A DNA stretch of 64,000 nucleotides from a bacterium (GCA_026708055.1 JAPOVS010000021.1:10451-74450), one strand, 5' to 3'. Shown: positions 1-7,767, counted from the first letter of the stretch. The notes: a model not told the origin generated them from the letters alone. A program made the numbers and translations.

Positions 1-1186
1 CGGTCAGAACTCCCGACATCCAGCGACGCATGTCGTCGAGAATCGGACCGCCATGGGTATCCAGCAACTCGTCAGGAAGCAATGCGATCGCTGCGGCCGT
101 CGCTGCTTCATCAGGGCGGCGACCGAGGAATCGACTGTATGCATCGAGTTCGTCGGTGCACTCCTCGGCCAAGTCCTTCAGTTTGTTGATTGGACCGATG
201 ACCGATGTCACGTCGGGAATCTCGTCGAGAGTGCACGACACCGTGCCACCGAAACCACCCGATGCTGGCCGGTAGGAAAACTCGAGATTCTTCGCGGGCC
301 GCCGCACCTTGATGCCGTCGCCGAATCGAGTCCGATATCGCAATAGGAACAGCTGATCAAATTGAGGCTGACAGCGCATTGCCGCGGTCCGCAAAGGAAC
401 GTATGGGTGGTGGCGTAGGTAGCTGAGTGCCCACTCTGCGGGGATCCGCTGCCCCTCACCCACAAGCCTTCCGATGCCGATTTGAAGCGCGAGGGACACC
501 TCCCAACGGTTCTCCTCGGGGTCCCACGCGACCGGCTCGAGGTCGGCGTTGACAAGACACAATGCTTCAATGAAGTCGACCAATTCGCCTGCGTAACCTG
601 CGAACGAGTAGTTGTCGCCGTAGATCGCGAGGAGGCGTCTGATCTCGGCGACGAGAACCGGGACTTCGGGGTTGTCCAAGTCTGATCCCAGGTCGACCAG
701 AAGTCGTCGCTCGAGGCCGTACAAGAACAGGAACACGTAACCGATGTAGGCGGACTCGTCCCGGCGACCGTTGATCAGCCAGATCAGGTATGCAGCACGG
801 GCGCGCTTGTCCAGACGATCGTACGACGGCCAGTAGCCCATCGTGCTCCCTGCCCAGTCGGGACGCTTCCAGTTAACGGGAAACCGGGGATCGATCAGGC
901 ACGGCTCGACTTGGGATTGGTCCGCCGATCGAGCACCACTGCCCACATATACCATCCCACCCGCAACTGGGCGGCCACCGACGATGATGCTCCCGCCGGC
1001 CGGAACCCACGTCGCCAAGCCCCTCGTCGGGCGCACAGGCGACGATGCGGGTCGTGTCGTCGCCTGTTGCCGAGAGGGGGAGTCGCTGTGCGCGGTCCGC
1101 GCCGAGGCCGGAACCGACGGAGTCGAGAGCGGTGGCCGGCCGTGATGTGAAGCCCGTCTTCTGCCGAATAGCTTGCCCAGGCCCAT
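1..1186 (-). CDS. TerB N-terminal domain-containing protein (TerB-N/TerB-C type); 3' end lies beyond the left edge
   Basis: Hand-translated open minus-strand frame, absent from the ORF track because it has no stop in the window. ATG at 1186 (alt 1222), upstream stop at 1241-1243. Contains WVPAGGSIIVGGRPVAGGMVYVGSG..EPCLIDPRFPV..MGYWPSYDRLDKRARAAYLIWL..YIGYVFLFLYGLERRLL, which I associate with TerB_N. Confidence 0.65.
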   Translation of the reverse strand, partial: MGLGKLFGRRRASHHGRPPLSTPSVPASARTAHSDSPSRQQATTRPASSPVRPTRGLATWVPAGGSIIVGGRPVAGGMVYVGSGARSADQSQVEPCLIDPRFPVNWKRPDWAGSTMGYWPSYDRLDKRARAAYLIWLINGRRDESAYIGYVFLFLYGLERRLLVDLGSDLDNPEVPVLVAEIRRLLAIYGDNYSFAGYAGELVDFIEALCLVNADLEPVAWDPEENRWEVSLALQIGIGRLVGEGQRIPAEWALSYLRHHPYVPLRTAAMRCQPQFDQLFLLRYRTRFGDGIKVRRPAKNLEFSYRPASGGFGGTVSCTLDEIPDVTSVIGPINKLKDLAEECTDELDAYSRFLGRRPDEAATAAAIALLPDELLDTHGGPILDDMRRWMSGVLT

Positions 1187-1377
1187 CAGACTCCTATCTC
1201 TCACGCCCTTCCACGGCGCCATCGCCGCCACGCGGTCGCCTCAGCAGCTCGGATTCGGCAGCGTGTCTTCTTCGTCGGACCGAATACTTCTAACACGCCC
1301 AAGACTTCGTCGCGTAACCTCCTGCGATTCCGGTCTGTCCGAGAGGACCCCAGACCTATTCTTCAGAACGTCGCGCC

Positions 1378-2268
1378 TCATGGTGCACGCCGCGCCGAGT
1401 TAGCACCCGTCGACTTCAGGTGCGCGCGACCAGGAAGCTGCGGAGGTGGTCGGTCAGGGTCTCTGGCTGGTCGATGGGGATGGTCGATGGGGATGAGGGT
1501 GTAGCTGTCGTCGATCCAGGCGAGTTGGGTGTTGCCGAAGTGGTCGGCGAGTCGTTGGGCGTGGGTGGGGGGCATGAGCTTGTCTTCTCGTGCCCAGATG
1601 ATGAGGACCGGGCCGGCGAAGCTGCGCTGCTGGTCGGCCCAGGAGAGCAACTGCTGGGGTTCGGGGACGGTGCGGAGGTACTTGGCGAGGTCGCGGCGGA
1701 CCTTGGGGTTGTGGCGCAGCGGACCGATCCAGGTCCCGAACAGGTCCTCGGGAACCCGCTGTTCGGACAGGGCGCCGAAGACCACGGGGAGATGGCGGAT
1801 CCAGCGCCGGCGCAACAACTGGGCGACCAGGAAGGTGCCCCCGGGCAGCGCCGCGGTGGCGCACAGCAGCCGGCCCGGCGCCCCGGGCGGGTAGTTGTCG
1901 AAGGCCTCACAGGAGACCAGGACCAAGTTGGCGACACGATCCGAGCCGCCGGGGCTGATGAGGAGCGGCGCGCCGCCCCAGTCGTTGCAGACCAGCGTGA
2001 CCCGCTGCAGGTCCAGTGCGGCGAGGAACTCGGCGAGGAGGGTGGCGATCGCCGGCAGGGACAGGTCGGCGCCGTCGGGCATCGGCGCGCTGTGCGCGCC
2101 GAACGGCAACTCCGGGACGACGCAGCGGTAGCGATCCCCCAGGCCCTCGACGACGGCGTCCCACAGGGAGCCACCCATCAACACCCCGTGCAGCAACACC
2201 ACCACCGGCCCATTGCCGCCGCTGTCGGAATGCATGAGGCCGGCGGATGTGGGGCCCTGAAGCTGCAT
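1378..2268 (-). CDS. alpha/beta hydrolase (Asp-nucleophile NDWGG type); 3' end frameshifted by a 13-bp tandem duplication
   Basis: ATG at 2268 (MQLQGPT..) inside track ORF 1378..2457. Motifs VVVLLHG and LVCNDWGG. The expected C-terminus IPIDQPETLTDHLRSFLVART* (stop 1416) is in another frame, seen in ORF 1416..2174. Confidence 0.85.
   Translation of the reverse strand: MQLQGPTSAGLMHSDSGGNGPVVVLLHGVLMGGSLWDAVVEGLGDRYRCVVPELPFGAHSAPMPDGADLSLPAIATLLAEFLAALDLQRVTLVCNDWGGAPLLISPGGSDRVANLVLVSCEAFDNYPPGAPGRLLCATAALPGGTFLVAQLLRRRWIRHLPVVFGALSEQRVPEDLFGTWIGPLRHNPKVRRDLAKYLRTVPEPQQLLSWADQQRSFAGPVLIIWAREDKLMPPTHAQRLADHFGNTQLAWIDDSYTLIPIDHPHRPARDPDRPPPQLPGRAHLKSTGANSARRAP
1468..1493. repeat. perfect 13-bp tandem duplication (tggtcgatgggga x2) inside the hydrolase gene
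   Basis: Read directly. On the coding strand it is ATCCCCATCGACC x2. Removing one copy restores ..DDSYTLIPIDQPETLTDHLRSFLVART*. Confidence 0.95.
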
Positions 2269-2399
2269 CCCCAGACCTCCTCGCCGGTGAGGGTCAAATC
2301 GGCAGATCGTCGACGCCGAGTCGCGGGGATCACGGTACCGGGGTCCGCCTCTGGCAGGTGCAGGTGTCCACGTCGACCTGGAATCGGGTGCAAAGGCCC

Positions 2400-2433
2400 A
2401 AAAAGAATGGGACCCCGTGCGTTCCGGGGTCCC
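2400..2433 (-). terminator. intrinsic terminator downstream of the DUF3800 gene
   Basis: Perfect 9-bp stem GGGACCCCG / CGGGGTCCC with a 7-nt loop. On the minus strand it is followed by ATTCTTTTTGGG. Confidence 0.8.
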
Positions 2434-2538
2434 GTTGCCGCGGTATTTCGGCTGCATTCGGCTGTCGCCTACTAGCCGAACCGACAGGCATCCCCCACGA
2501 TAGGCGCTTGGGCCTATGGCCGCAACGATCGCGCCCGC

Positions 2539-3249
2539 TCAGAACAGGACGATCTCATTGGTGTAGCGGCGGCCGCTGTGGGTGGTCGCGTTGGTGTTGT
2601 TCGGCAGCGTGCGCACTGCGGCCAGCCTGGAGCCGAGGACGCCGAGGCGGCGATCGCCCTCGACTACCCGTCGCCTGATGCCCGCTACCAAGTCGGCGAC
2701 TTGGATCGCCTGAGTCGTGAGAGAGCTTCCGTAGTAGACGCTGGGGTGCAGCGGCAGCCGCCGCGAGAGCACGAAGCTCGCCACGCACTAGCTGACGTGC
2801 GCGTCGAGTCCGTAGCCGGACCAGTCCGAGACGATGAGGCCTGTCTCGCCGTGGTGGGCACACTCAACTGCGAAGTGCTCCACGAGGGCTTGCATCTGTA
2901 GCGGCGCCGTCGTCTCCAGAGTCATGGGGTGATGCATCCGCTTCTTGTTGATGCTCACCGTGTAGACGGTGCAACTCAGCAGTCGGAGGATTTGCAGCGT
3001 CTCATCCACAAGATCGCGATTCTTGCGACGCTTCCAGGGGTTCGGCCTGATCGTCTCTGTCGCTTTGACCTCCCACTTTGTCGGATCGCCACGCGACGCG
3101 AAGAAGCGCGCCTTGACACCCGCGAACTTGCGGCTCAGCGCCGGGGCGTTCGCCGCCGGGATCGAGAAGCCGCCGATCACGACCGCGCCCGAGCTGTCAC
3201 GAAGGGCGGGCTTGCCCGAATCGTCTAGGAACAGCACACGGGCACTCAT
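2539..3249 (-). pseudogene. DUF3800 family protein interrupted by one in-frame TAG
   Basis: Track ORFs 2788..3249 and 2539..2784 share one frame, separated only by TAG (2788-2790) plus one codon. N-terminus VLFLDDSGKP and downstream QVADLVAG fit DUF3800. ATG at 3249 has no clear SD. Confidence 0.7.
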
Positions 3250-3487
3250 GAGCGCTGCACGTTACGGGCTCACGGTGACAGTGCCAGCGCTGGGTGTGCC
3301 CGGATCTCGGACCACTGCGCGCGGGCCTGGCGGTGGGGTTCGGTGGCTGCTGCTTCGTCCAGGACATCGAGGCGCATCCTGTCCGAAGCCGCCCGCTCGG
3401 CGATCACGTCGGGAAGGTCCTACCAGGCATCTCGACGACGGCCGTAACGGCGGGTCCCCGCACTCGGCTAGACCGATGCCTGACTCT

Positions 3488-4996
3488 TCAGGTGACTCGC
3501 GCAAGGGTTGGCTCGAGGTCAGGATCGGCCGATCGGAGCTTTCGGCGCCAGCAGGATCGCTTCGAGGGAGTCGACGCGTCTGGGGGCAGCGTCAGGGCGA
3601 AGGCTCGCCGAACGGAGAAGTCGCCAAGGTCGCACGCGTATTCGACGGCGCGTGCAGAGCGATGGGCCTCGGAGGAGCCCCAAGCCTTGGCCGCCCAAGC
3701 CCGAAGCGGGGCATGGCGTCGGAGACTGCTGTCGGTAGCGAGATCCAGCAGGCGGTTGCCATGCTCTTTGCCCAACCGAAGTTGGCTGGCAACTCGACAG
3801 AGGTGGAGCTCGCCTGCGGCGGATCGCGCCGTAGGGCTCGCCGTCGCCTGGTCAACGAGCCAGTCTTGATCAAGCTCCTGACGATTGTGGGGATGGCCAA
3901 CGACTGCCGAGAGGTAGTGACCCACGCTGAGCGGTATTTCTTGTAGCAACTGCGGTTGCTCATAGAGGATCGGTAGCGCGAGCGGACTCTGCGCAGATCT
4001 GAGCGAACCCAAATGGAACTTGACGAGGGTCAAGTCCGGTGTGTCTCGCTGGAGTTCGTCCCGAAGTTCGCCGGCAGCTCTCTGCGGTGGTCGGAACCCC
4101 GCGCCGGGTGAAGTCAGATAGGCGATCTGCCCGTGCTGGATGATGTGCTCGGCAGCTGCGCTGCCCTTCGGATGAACCTCCACCTTCGAGGCGTTGACTT
4201 CAAGTCCGAGATCTGACGCCAACGCGGCGTAGACCTCGAGAACCTCCGGCCACTCCGTCTCGGCTCCGAGAAACATCCAACTGTCGTCCGTGTACCGGAT
4301 GTGGCCTCGGACCCGGCAGGAGATCGCCGTGTCAAGCTCCATCAGGACGATGTTCCCTAGCAACCCGGACGCCTCGGGCCCGACGGGCAGACCACCTGGC
4401 GCGCCCATGGGCTCGAGGTCACGCAATAGATCACCGATGAGGGTGACGGCGCCCTGCGGCGAACCCGCCTGGCGCAGAGCATCCATGACGACCTCGGGTT
4501 CAACCGAGGGGTAGTAGTTCCTCAGGTCGGCAACGGCCATCGCATTGCAACCCGCCGCTGCGAGTAGCTCCCGTGCGCGCTCGCGCCGCAGCCCGAAAGC
4601 CACTCGCACGTCCTGCACGGACCACGCCGGCGGATCGTCCGCAAGCCGATAGCTGAACACGTCGGGGCCAAGCGCCGCTTCGACCGCGAGCGCAACACGT
4701 CCGACAACGATCCGGAGATGGAGATCGTCGTACGGGTTGAGCCACGCCATCTTGCGGACCTCGCCCTTGCCGCTCTTCGGCAGTGGGAACGTGTGGGCGA
4801 CGGACGGGCAGCGCCCCTCCTGTGAGCGGCTGATCAGGCGCTGACGCACCAACTCGGGAGCCGCAATGAAGTCGGCCCATCCGTCAACGTCCGGCAGATC
4901 CCGCCTGCCGACCCAGGGAGCGCCCGCCCGCAAGTTGACTGAGACTTCGTCCAACGTCGGCGGGTGGCCGCCGTCGTGGGGACATAGGGAGCCCAC
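3488..4996 (-). CDS. stand-alone reverse transcriptase (UG/Abi/DRT-like) with ~200-aa helical C-terminal extension
   Basis: RT motifs KMAWLNPYDD, ADLRNYYPSV (A), GLPVGPEASGLLGN (B), YTDD (C) and LEVNASK (D/E). GTG start preceded by AAAGGAGGAATC. No maturase/En domain and no retron VTG motif noticed. Confidence 0.9.
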   Translation of the reverse strand: MGSLCPHDGGHPPTLDEVSVNLRAGAPWVGRRDLPDVDGWADFIAAPELVRQRLISRSQEGRCPSVAHTFPLPKSGKGEVRKMAWLNPYDDLHLRIVVGRVALAVEAALGPDVFSYRLADDPPAWSVQDVRVAFGLRRERARELLAAAGCNAMAVADLRNYYPSVEPEVVMDALRQAGSPQGAVTLIGDLLRDLEPMGAPGGLPVGPEASGLLGNIVLMELDTAISCRVRGHIRYTDDSWMFLGAETEWPEVLEVYAALASDLGLEVNASKVEVHPKGSAAAEHIIQHGQIAYLTSPGAGFRPPQRAAGELRDELQRDTPDLTLVKFHLGSLRSAQSPLALPILYEQPQLLQEIPLSVGHYLSAVVGHPHNRQELDQDWLVDQATASPTARSAAGELHLCRVASQLRLGKEHGNRLLDLATDSSLRRHAPLRAWAAKAWGSSEAHRSARAVEYACDLGDFSVRRAFALTLPPDASTPSKRSCWRRKLRSADPDLEPTLARVT

Positions 4997-5021
4997 GATT
5001 CCTCCTTTGCGCCAGCGAGCG

Positions 5022-6140
5022 CTAGAAGAGCCGGTCGGCTAGGACGGTGCCGGGGCGTTCGGCTTCGAGACCGAGTTTCCACATGATGTATGTGGCGGTC
5101 GCCCGCCTCGTGGGCATGCGTGTGACTACTTCGTTGTCTGCCATGCAGATGCCTTGCCAATCGGGGTTCGTCTTGCGCCAGTCGATGTCGGCGAGTCCCT
5201 TGAGGGAATCGGTCCAGTGCCCGTTGGCGTGGTCATGCGCGGCGCGGGCTGCGGCGCCGGCGAAGCCGAGAGCCCACAGTGACAGCGCGTAGGACGACAC
5301 GTATACCTGGCGTGCCTCCTGCGCCTTCATGTCACCGTCGAGGATGTGGCACCAGGGTGCGACAAGATCGGTGAGGCGGGTCCAGTAGTCGACCGCCTGG
5401 GTTGTCAGCTCGCTTACTTGCTCTGCGGGGAGCTTCTCGGATGGGTTACCGAGGAGTTGAAGGTTGGCCTGTTGCAGACCCGAGAGGGTGGCGAACTTCG
5501 GCGAGCGCACCGACAGCGACACGCGCTCTTTGTCGATGCGGTCCTCGAACAGTGGGACTCCCTCGAGGCACGCCATGGTGATGCGGTTGATCGGCAGTCG
5601 GTGGTCGAAGAGGATGTCGAGAGACTTCGACGTCTTGCGCACGGTGCGGTTGAGGTCAGAGAAGATCTGCTGGCTGCGCTCCAGGCCGCCGTCGGGCAGC
5701 ACGACCACCGAGATGGTGTCCTCCGCGAGCTTCGGGTCCTGTCGCAGCGCCTCGGAGATGCCCGCCACGCGGTGCTGGCCGTCGTTGATCACATACTTCG
5801 CCTCCAACGGCAGGACCAGGTTGCCGATGTCGGCTCCCTCCTCGACGGGACGGAAATCGACCTCGTCGGAGTCAACCGAGACGGTGATCGAGGAGAAGAT
5901 GTAGTCATCGTGGTCCAGCACGTACTCGGCGATCTCGGGGACCCGCTTGGCGATCAGCGTTCTCTGGGAACGGTTCTCTGGCGTCAGCTCGAGCATCTTG
6001 TCGGGGTCGAAGGTGAAGAGCTTCGTGACTGCCCCGAACGGGAGCGTCGCCGTGTAGTAGTTGGTCGTGCCCATCCGGCCTCGGGTCGCGGGGACCTGAA
6101 AGGTGGGCCGGAGGCGGCTGCTAAAGCTTGCTGATGTCAT
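5022..6140 (-). CDS. DGQHR domain-containing protein (DndB-like, ParB/Srx fold)
   Basis: Literal motif YVINDGQHRVAG, plus QRTLIAKRVPEIAEYV and FSDLNRTVRK as in DndB-like proteins. SD GAGGAGA lies upstream of ATG 6140. Stop is 25 bp before the RT start. Confidence 0.88.
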   Translation of the reverse strand: MTSASFSSRLRPTFQVPATRGRMGTTNYYTATLPFGAVTKLFTFDPDKMLELTPENRSQRTLIAKRVPEIAEYVLDHDDYIFSSITVSVDSDEVDFRPVEEGADIGNLVLPLEAKYVINDGQHRVAGISEALRQDPKLAEDTISVVVLPDGGLERSQQIFSDLNRTVRKTSKSLDILFDHRLPINRITMACLEGVPLFEDRIDKERVSLSVRSPKFATLSGLQQANLQLLGNPSEKLPAEQVSELTTQAVDYWTRLTDLVAPWCHILDGDMKAQEARQVYVSSYALSLWALGFAGAAARAAHDHANGHWTDSLKGLADIDWRKTNPDWQGICMADNEVVTRMPTRRATATYIMWKLGLEAERPGTVLADRLF

Positions 6141-6202
6141 CGGATCTCCTCTGAGCTTGGTCAGTCAACGGCCGAGCAGCGATTTCGCCACCCGGCACCG
6201 GT

Positions 6203-6231
6203 ACTCTACCAGATACGTCGCACTATTGCAA
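6203..6231 (-). promoter_or_regulatory. sigma-A type promoter of the DGQHR-RT unit
   Basis: Minus strand reads TTGCAA-N17-TGG-TAGAGT (-35, 17-nt spacer, extended -10) in a locally AT-rich stretch. Predicted 5' UTR is about 55 nt. Confidence 0.6.
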
Positions 6232-6262
6232 CTAGTACGTCTCAAAGAGTCGCAAGTACGTC
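6214..6262 (-). promoter_or_regulatory. three phased direct repeats GACGTA(C/T) (plus-strand TACGTC at 6214, 6236, 6257)
   Basis: Hexamers spaced 22 and 21 bp. One sits in the promoter spacer and two lie just upstream of -35. Operator-like. Confidence 0.5.
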
Positions 6263-6461
6263 GACTTGGATGAGCAATTGGGACATCAGACTGCTCCTGC
6301 CTCTCCGCATGAGAGATTCATGATCGGACTGGATCACTGCACTCCGATGCAGCACCCGGCGTTACCTCGGACGGCAGAGGAGGACCTCACACCATCACCG
6401 GCACCAAATCGGAGCGACTTCGGCGCATTGCTCAGCGGATCTCAAGTGCGCTAGAGGGCAT

Positions 6462-6539
6462 CAGGGAGAGATCGGCGCCGTCGGGCATCGGCGTGGTGTG
6501 CGCGCCGAACGGCAGTTCCGGGACGACGCAGCGGTAGCG
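6462..6539 (-). pseudogene. 78-bp remnant of the alpha/beta-hydrolase gene (fragment A1)
   Basis: Aligns by eye to 2060-2133 of the full copy (..RYRCVVPELPFGAHTTPMPDGADLSL..). Its variant bases match fragment A3. Confidence 0.85.
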
Positions 6540-6576
6540 GCATCTCTGCGTGCCGCGACCGTGAGGACGACGTTCG

Positions 6577-6813
6577 TCAGGGACGGTCGGCTTCGAGGGT
6601 GCGGGTGACGGCTCGGCGGATCCATGACGACACCGAGCGGTCGTCGGCCTCGGCGGCGGCTCTGACCTGCTCGAGGACATCGGGCGGGAACCGCACCGGG
6701 ACCGGATCGGTCATCGGCTCCTTGCGTCGCCGGGGCGGGCCCTGGGGAATCTGGTTCTCGGACCTGCCGTAGAACTCGTGCTCCTCGGCGGGGGTCATCG
6801 TGGAGTCGTTCAT
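6577..6813 (-). CDS. ribbon-helix-helix (CopG/Arc-type) antitoxin-like protein
   Basis: ATG 6813 preceded by GGAGGA. C-terminal VPVRFPPDVLEQVRAAAEADDRSVSSWIRRAV is a typical RHH strand-helix-helix pattern. ATGA overlap with the upstream gene. Confidence 0.7.
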   Translation of the reverse strand: MNDSTMTPAEEHEFYGRSENQIPQGPPRRRKEPMTDPVPVRFPPDVLEQVRAAAEADDRSVSSWIRRAVTRTLEADRP

Positions 6814-7110
6814 CGGTCCTCCAAGTAGCGGGTGGCGAGGTGCGCTGTGGCGACGTAGCAACCGATCGGCCGACACTTCGTCGGGTCGCCGGAATCCGGG
6901 GGTGCCAGGGGACGACGAGAACAGTGCCGCTGACTTGCGCAACCATCAGCCAGTGGGCCGGCGGTTTGGCCGGATAGAACAGCGGGTCATTGCGCCACAC
7001 GTCGTGGATGTCGTCGATTCCGAGCGCTTCATGCTTGAACAGGTGCGGTGCCTGCCTGGTGATCTCGAACGGGTCGTCCTCATCGAGTAGGTCTATGTCG
7101 AACAGGCCAT
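6810..7110 (-). pseudogene. toxin-like small gene upstream of the RHH gene, frameshifted (family not named)
   Basis: ..DPFEITRQAPHLFKHEALGIDDIHDVWRNDPLFYPAKPPAHWLMVAQVSGTVLVVP continues in another frame as LAPPDSGDPTKCRPIGCYVATAHLATRYLEDR*. The break is at a G4 run (6908-6911). The start is also unclear: ATG 7110 hits a stop after 5 codons. Confidence 0.5.
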
Positions 7111-7130
7111 CCTCCCACGAAAGTGTAATA

Positions 7131-7151
7131 CAGACGAATACGAATTGTCTG
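7131..7151 (-). promoter_or_regulatory. palindromic operator-like site upstream of the decayed TA pair
   Basis: CAGAC-GAATACGAATT-GTCTG with an internal ACGAAT x2 tandem, just upstream of the SD/start region. Confidence 0.35.
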
Positions 7152-7283
7152 CGGCCGGCGAACTCGGGTCCTGCTCATCTCGGCAAGACGATCGACGAAC
7201 CCGCGGAACCGCGGGACTCCTGAGCGCCTCGGAAACCGATCACCGCAACTGCCGGCACCATGGCGAGGCCCCTCGCCGAAACC

Positions 7284-7343
7284 ATAAGCCCCGCCATTTC
7301 CGGCTAGCCAGAAAGGCGGGGAGGAATGTCGACATCTTACCGG
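7284..7343 (-). repeat. 60-bp hairpin repeat, copy 1
   Basis: ataagCCCCGCCatttccggctagccagaaaGGCGGGGaggaatgtcgacatcttaccgg. Near-identical to 8591-8650. Confidence 0.9.
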
Positions 7344-7457
7344 CGTTAGCCGGCGCGCACATGGCTACTGAGGTCGGCTGCCGAGTCGGCAGGCAGCGGA
7401 ACAGCCGTACGCCGCAGCGCCCGGAGCCGCGGCGGGAGTGAGGATAGGGAGGCAGAC

Positions 7458-7739
7458 ATGGCCAGGGGCAGGACCATCCACTTCCTCATCACGTATGACC
7501 GCTCGAATAGGCAACTCCTCAATCTGGAGCGGCTCCACAACGGCAAGAAGGCCGTCGACACCTACGGCGAGCGGGAGCGCGAGTACGCGGACCGGCCGCA
7601 GATCGAGGTGGTGTTGCTCGGCGCCGGTTCCGAGGTTGCCATCCGCGTGACTCGTCCCGTCTACTCCCGGACGGAACCGTCGTCGACGGAGCGGATCGCC
7701 GAACTACCGGGCATCTCCGCCGAGGCCGCCGTCCGCTGA
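7458..7739 (+). CDS. small hypothetical protein
   Basis: 93-aa ORF. GGGAGG lies 6 nt before the ATG. Composition looks protein-like (..ITYDRSNRQLLNLERL..PQIEVVLLGAGSE..). Family not recognised. Confidence 0.5.
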   Translation: MARGRTIHFLITYDRSNRQLLNLERLHNGKKAVDTYGEREREYADRPQIEVVLLGAGSEVAIRVTRPVYSRTEPSSTERIAELPGISAEAAVR

Positions 7740-7767
7740 GACGCCTCCGCGGCATCTCCATCGCCCC

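Noticed and set aside
3262-3504. 80-aa minus ORF, and a 47-codon GTG ORF (..VIAERAASDRMRLDVLDEAAATEPHRQARAQWSEIRA..), in the RT-DUF3800 gap
   Set aside because: The 80-aa ORF overlaps the RT stop and is Pro/Arg/Gly-rich. The 47-codon frame has an in-frame stop just upstream and no SD. It may be a gene remnant, but that is not supportable.
3488-4996. RT as a group II intron, retron or DGR component
   Set aside because: There is no maturase/X or En domain and no intron-like flanks. I saw no VTG motif or obvious msr/msd inverted repeats. No Avd-like gene or TR/VR repeat pair was noticed nearby. These exclusions are by eye only.
6266-6454. 62-aa plus-strand ORF divergent from the DGQHR gene as a possible small regulator
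   Set aside because: It has a TTG start without an SD and no HTH-like pattern. It runs into the hydrolase remnant A1, so it is probably a chance ORF.
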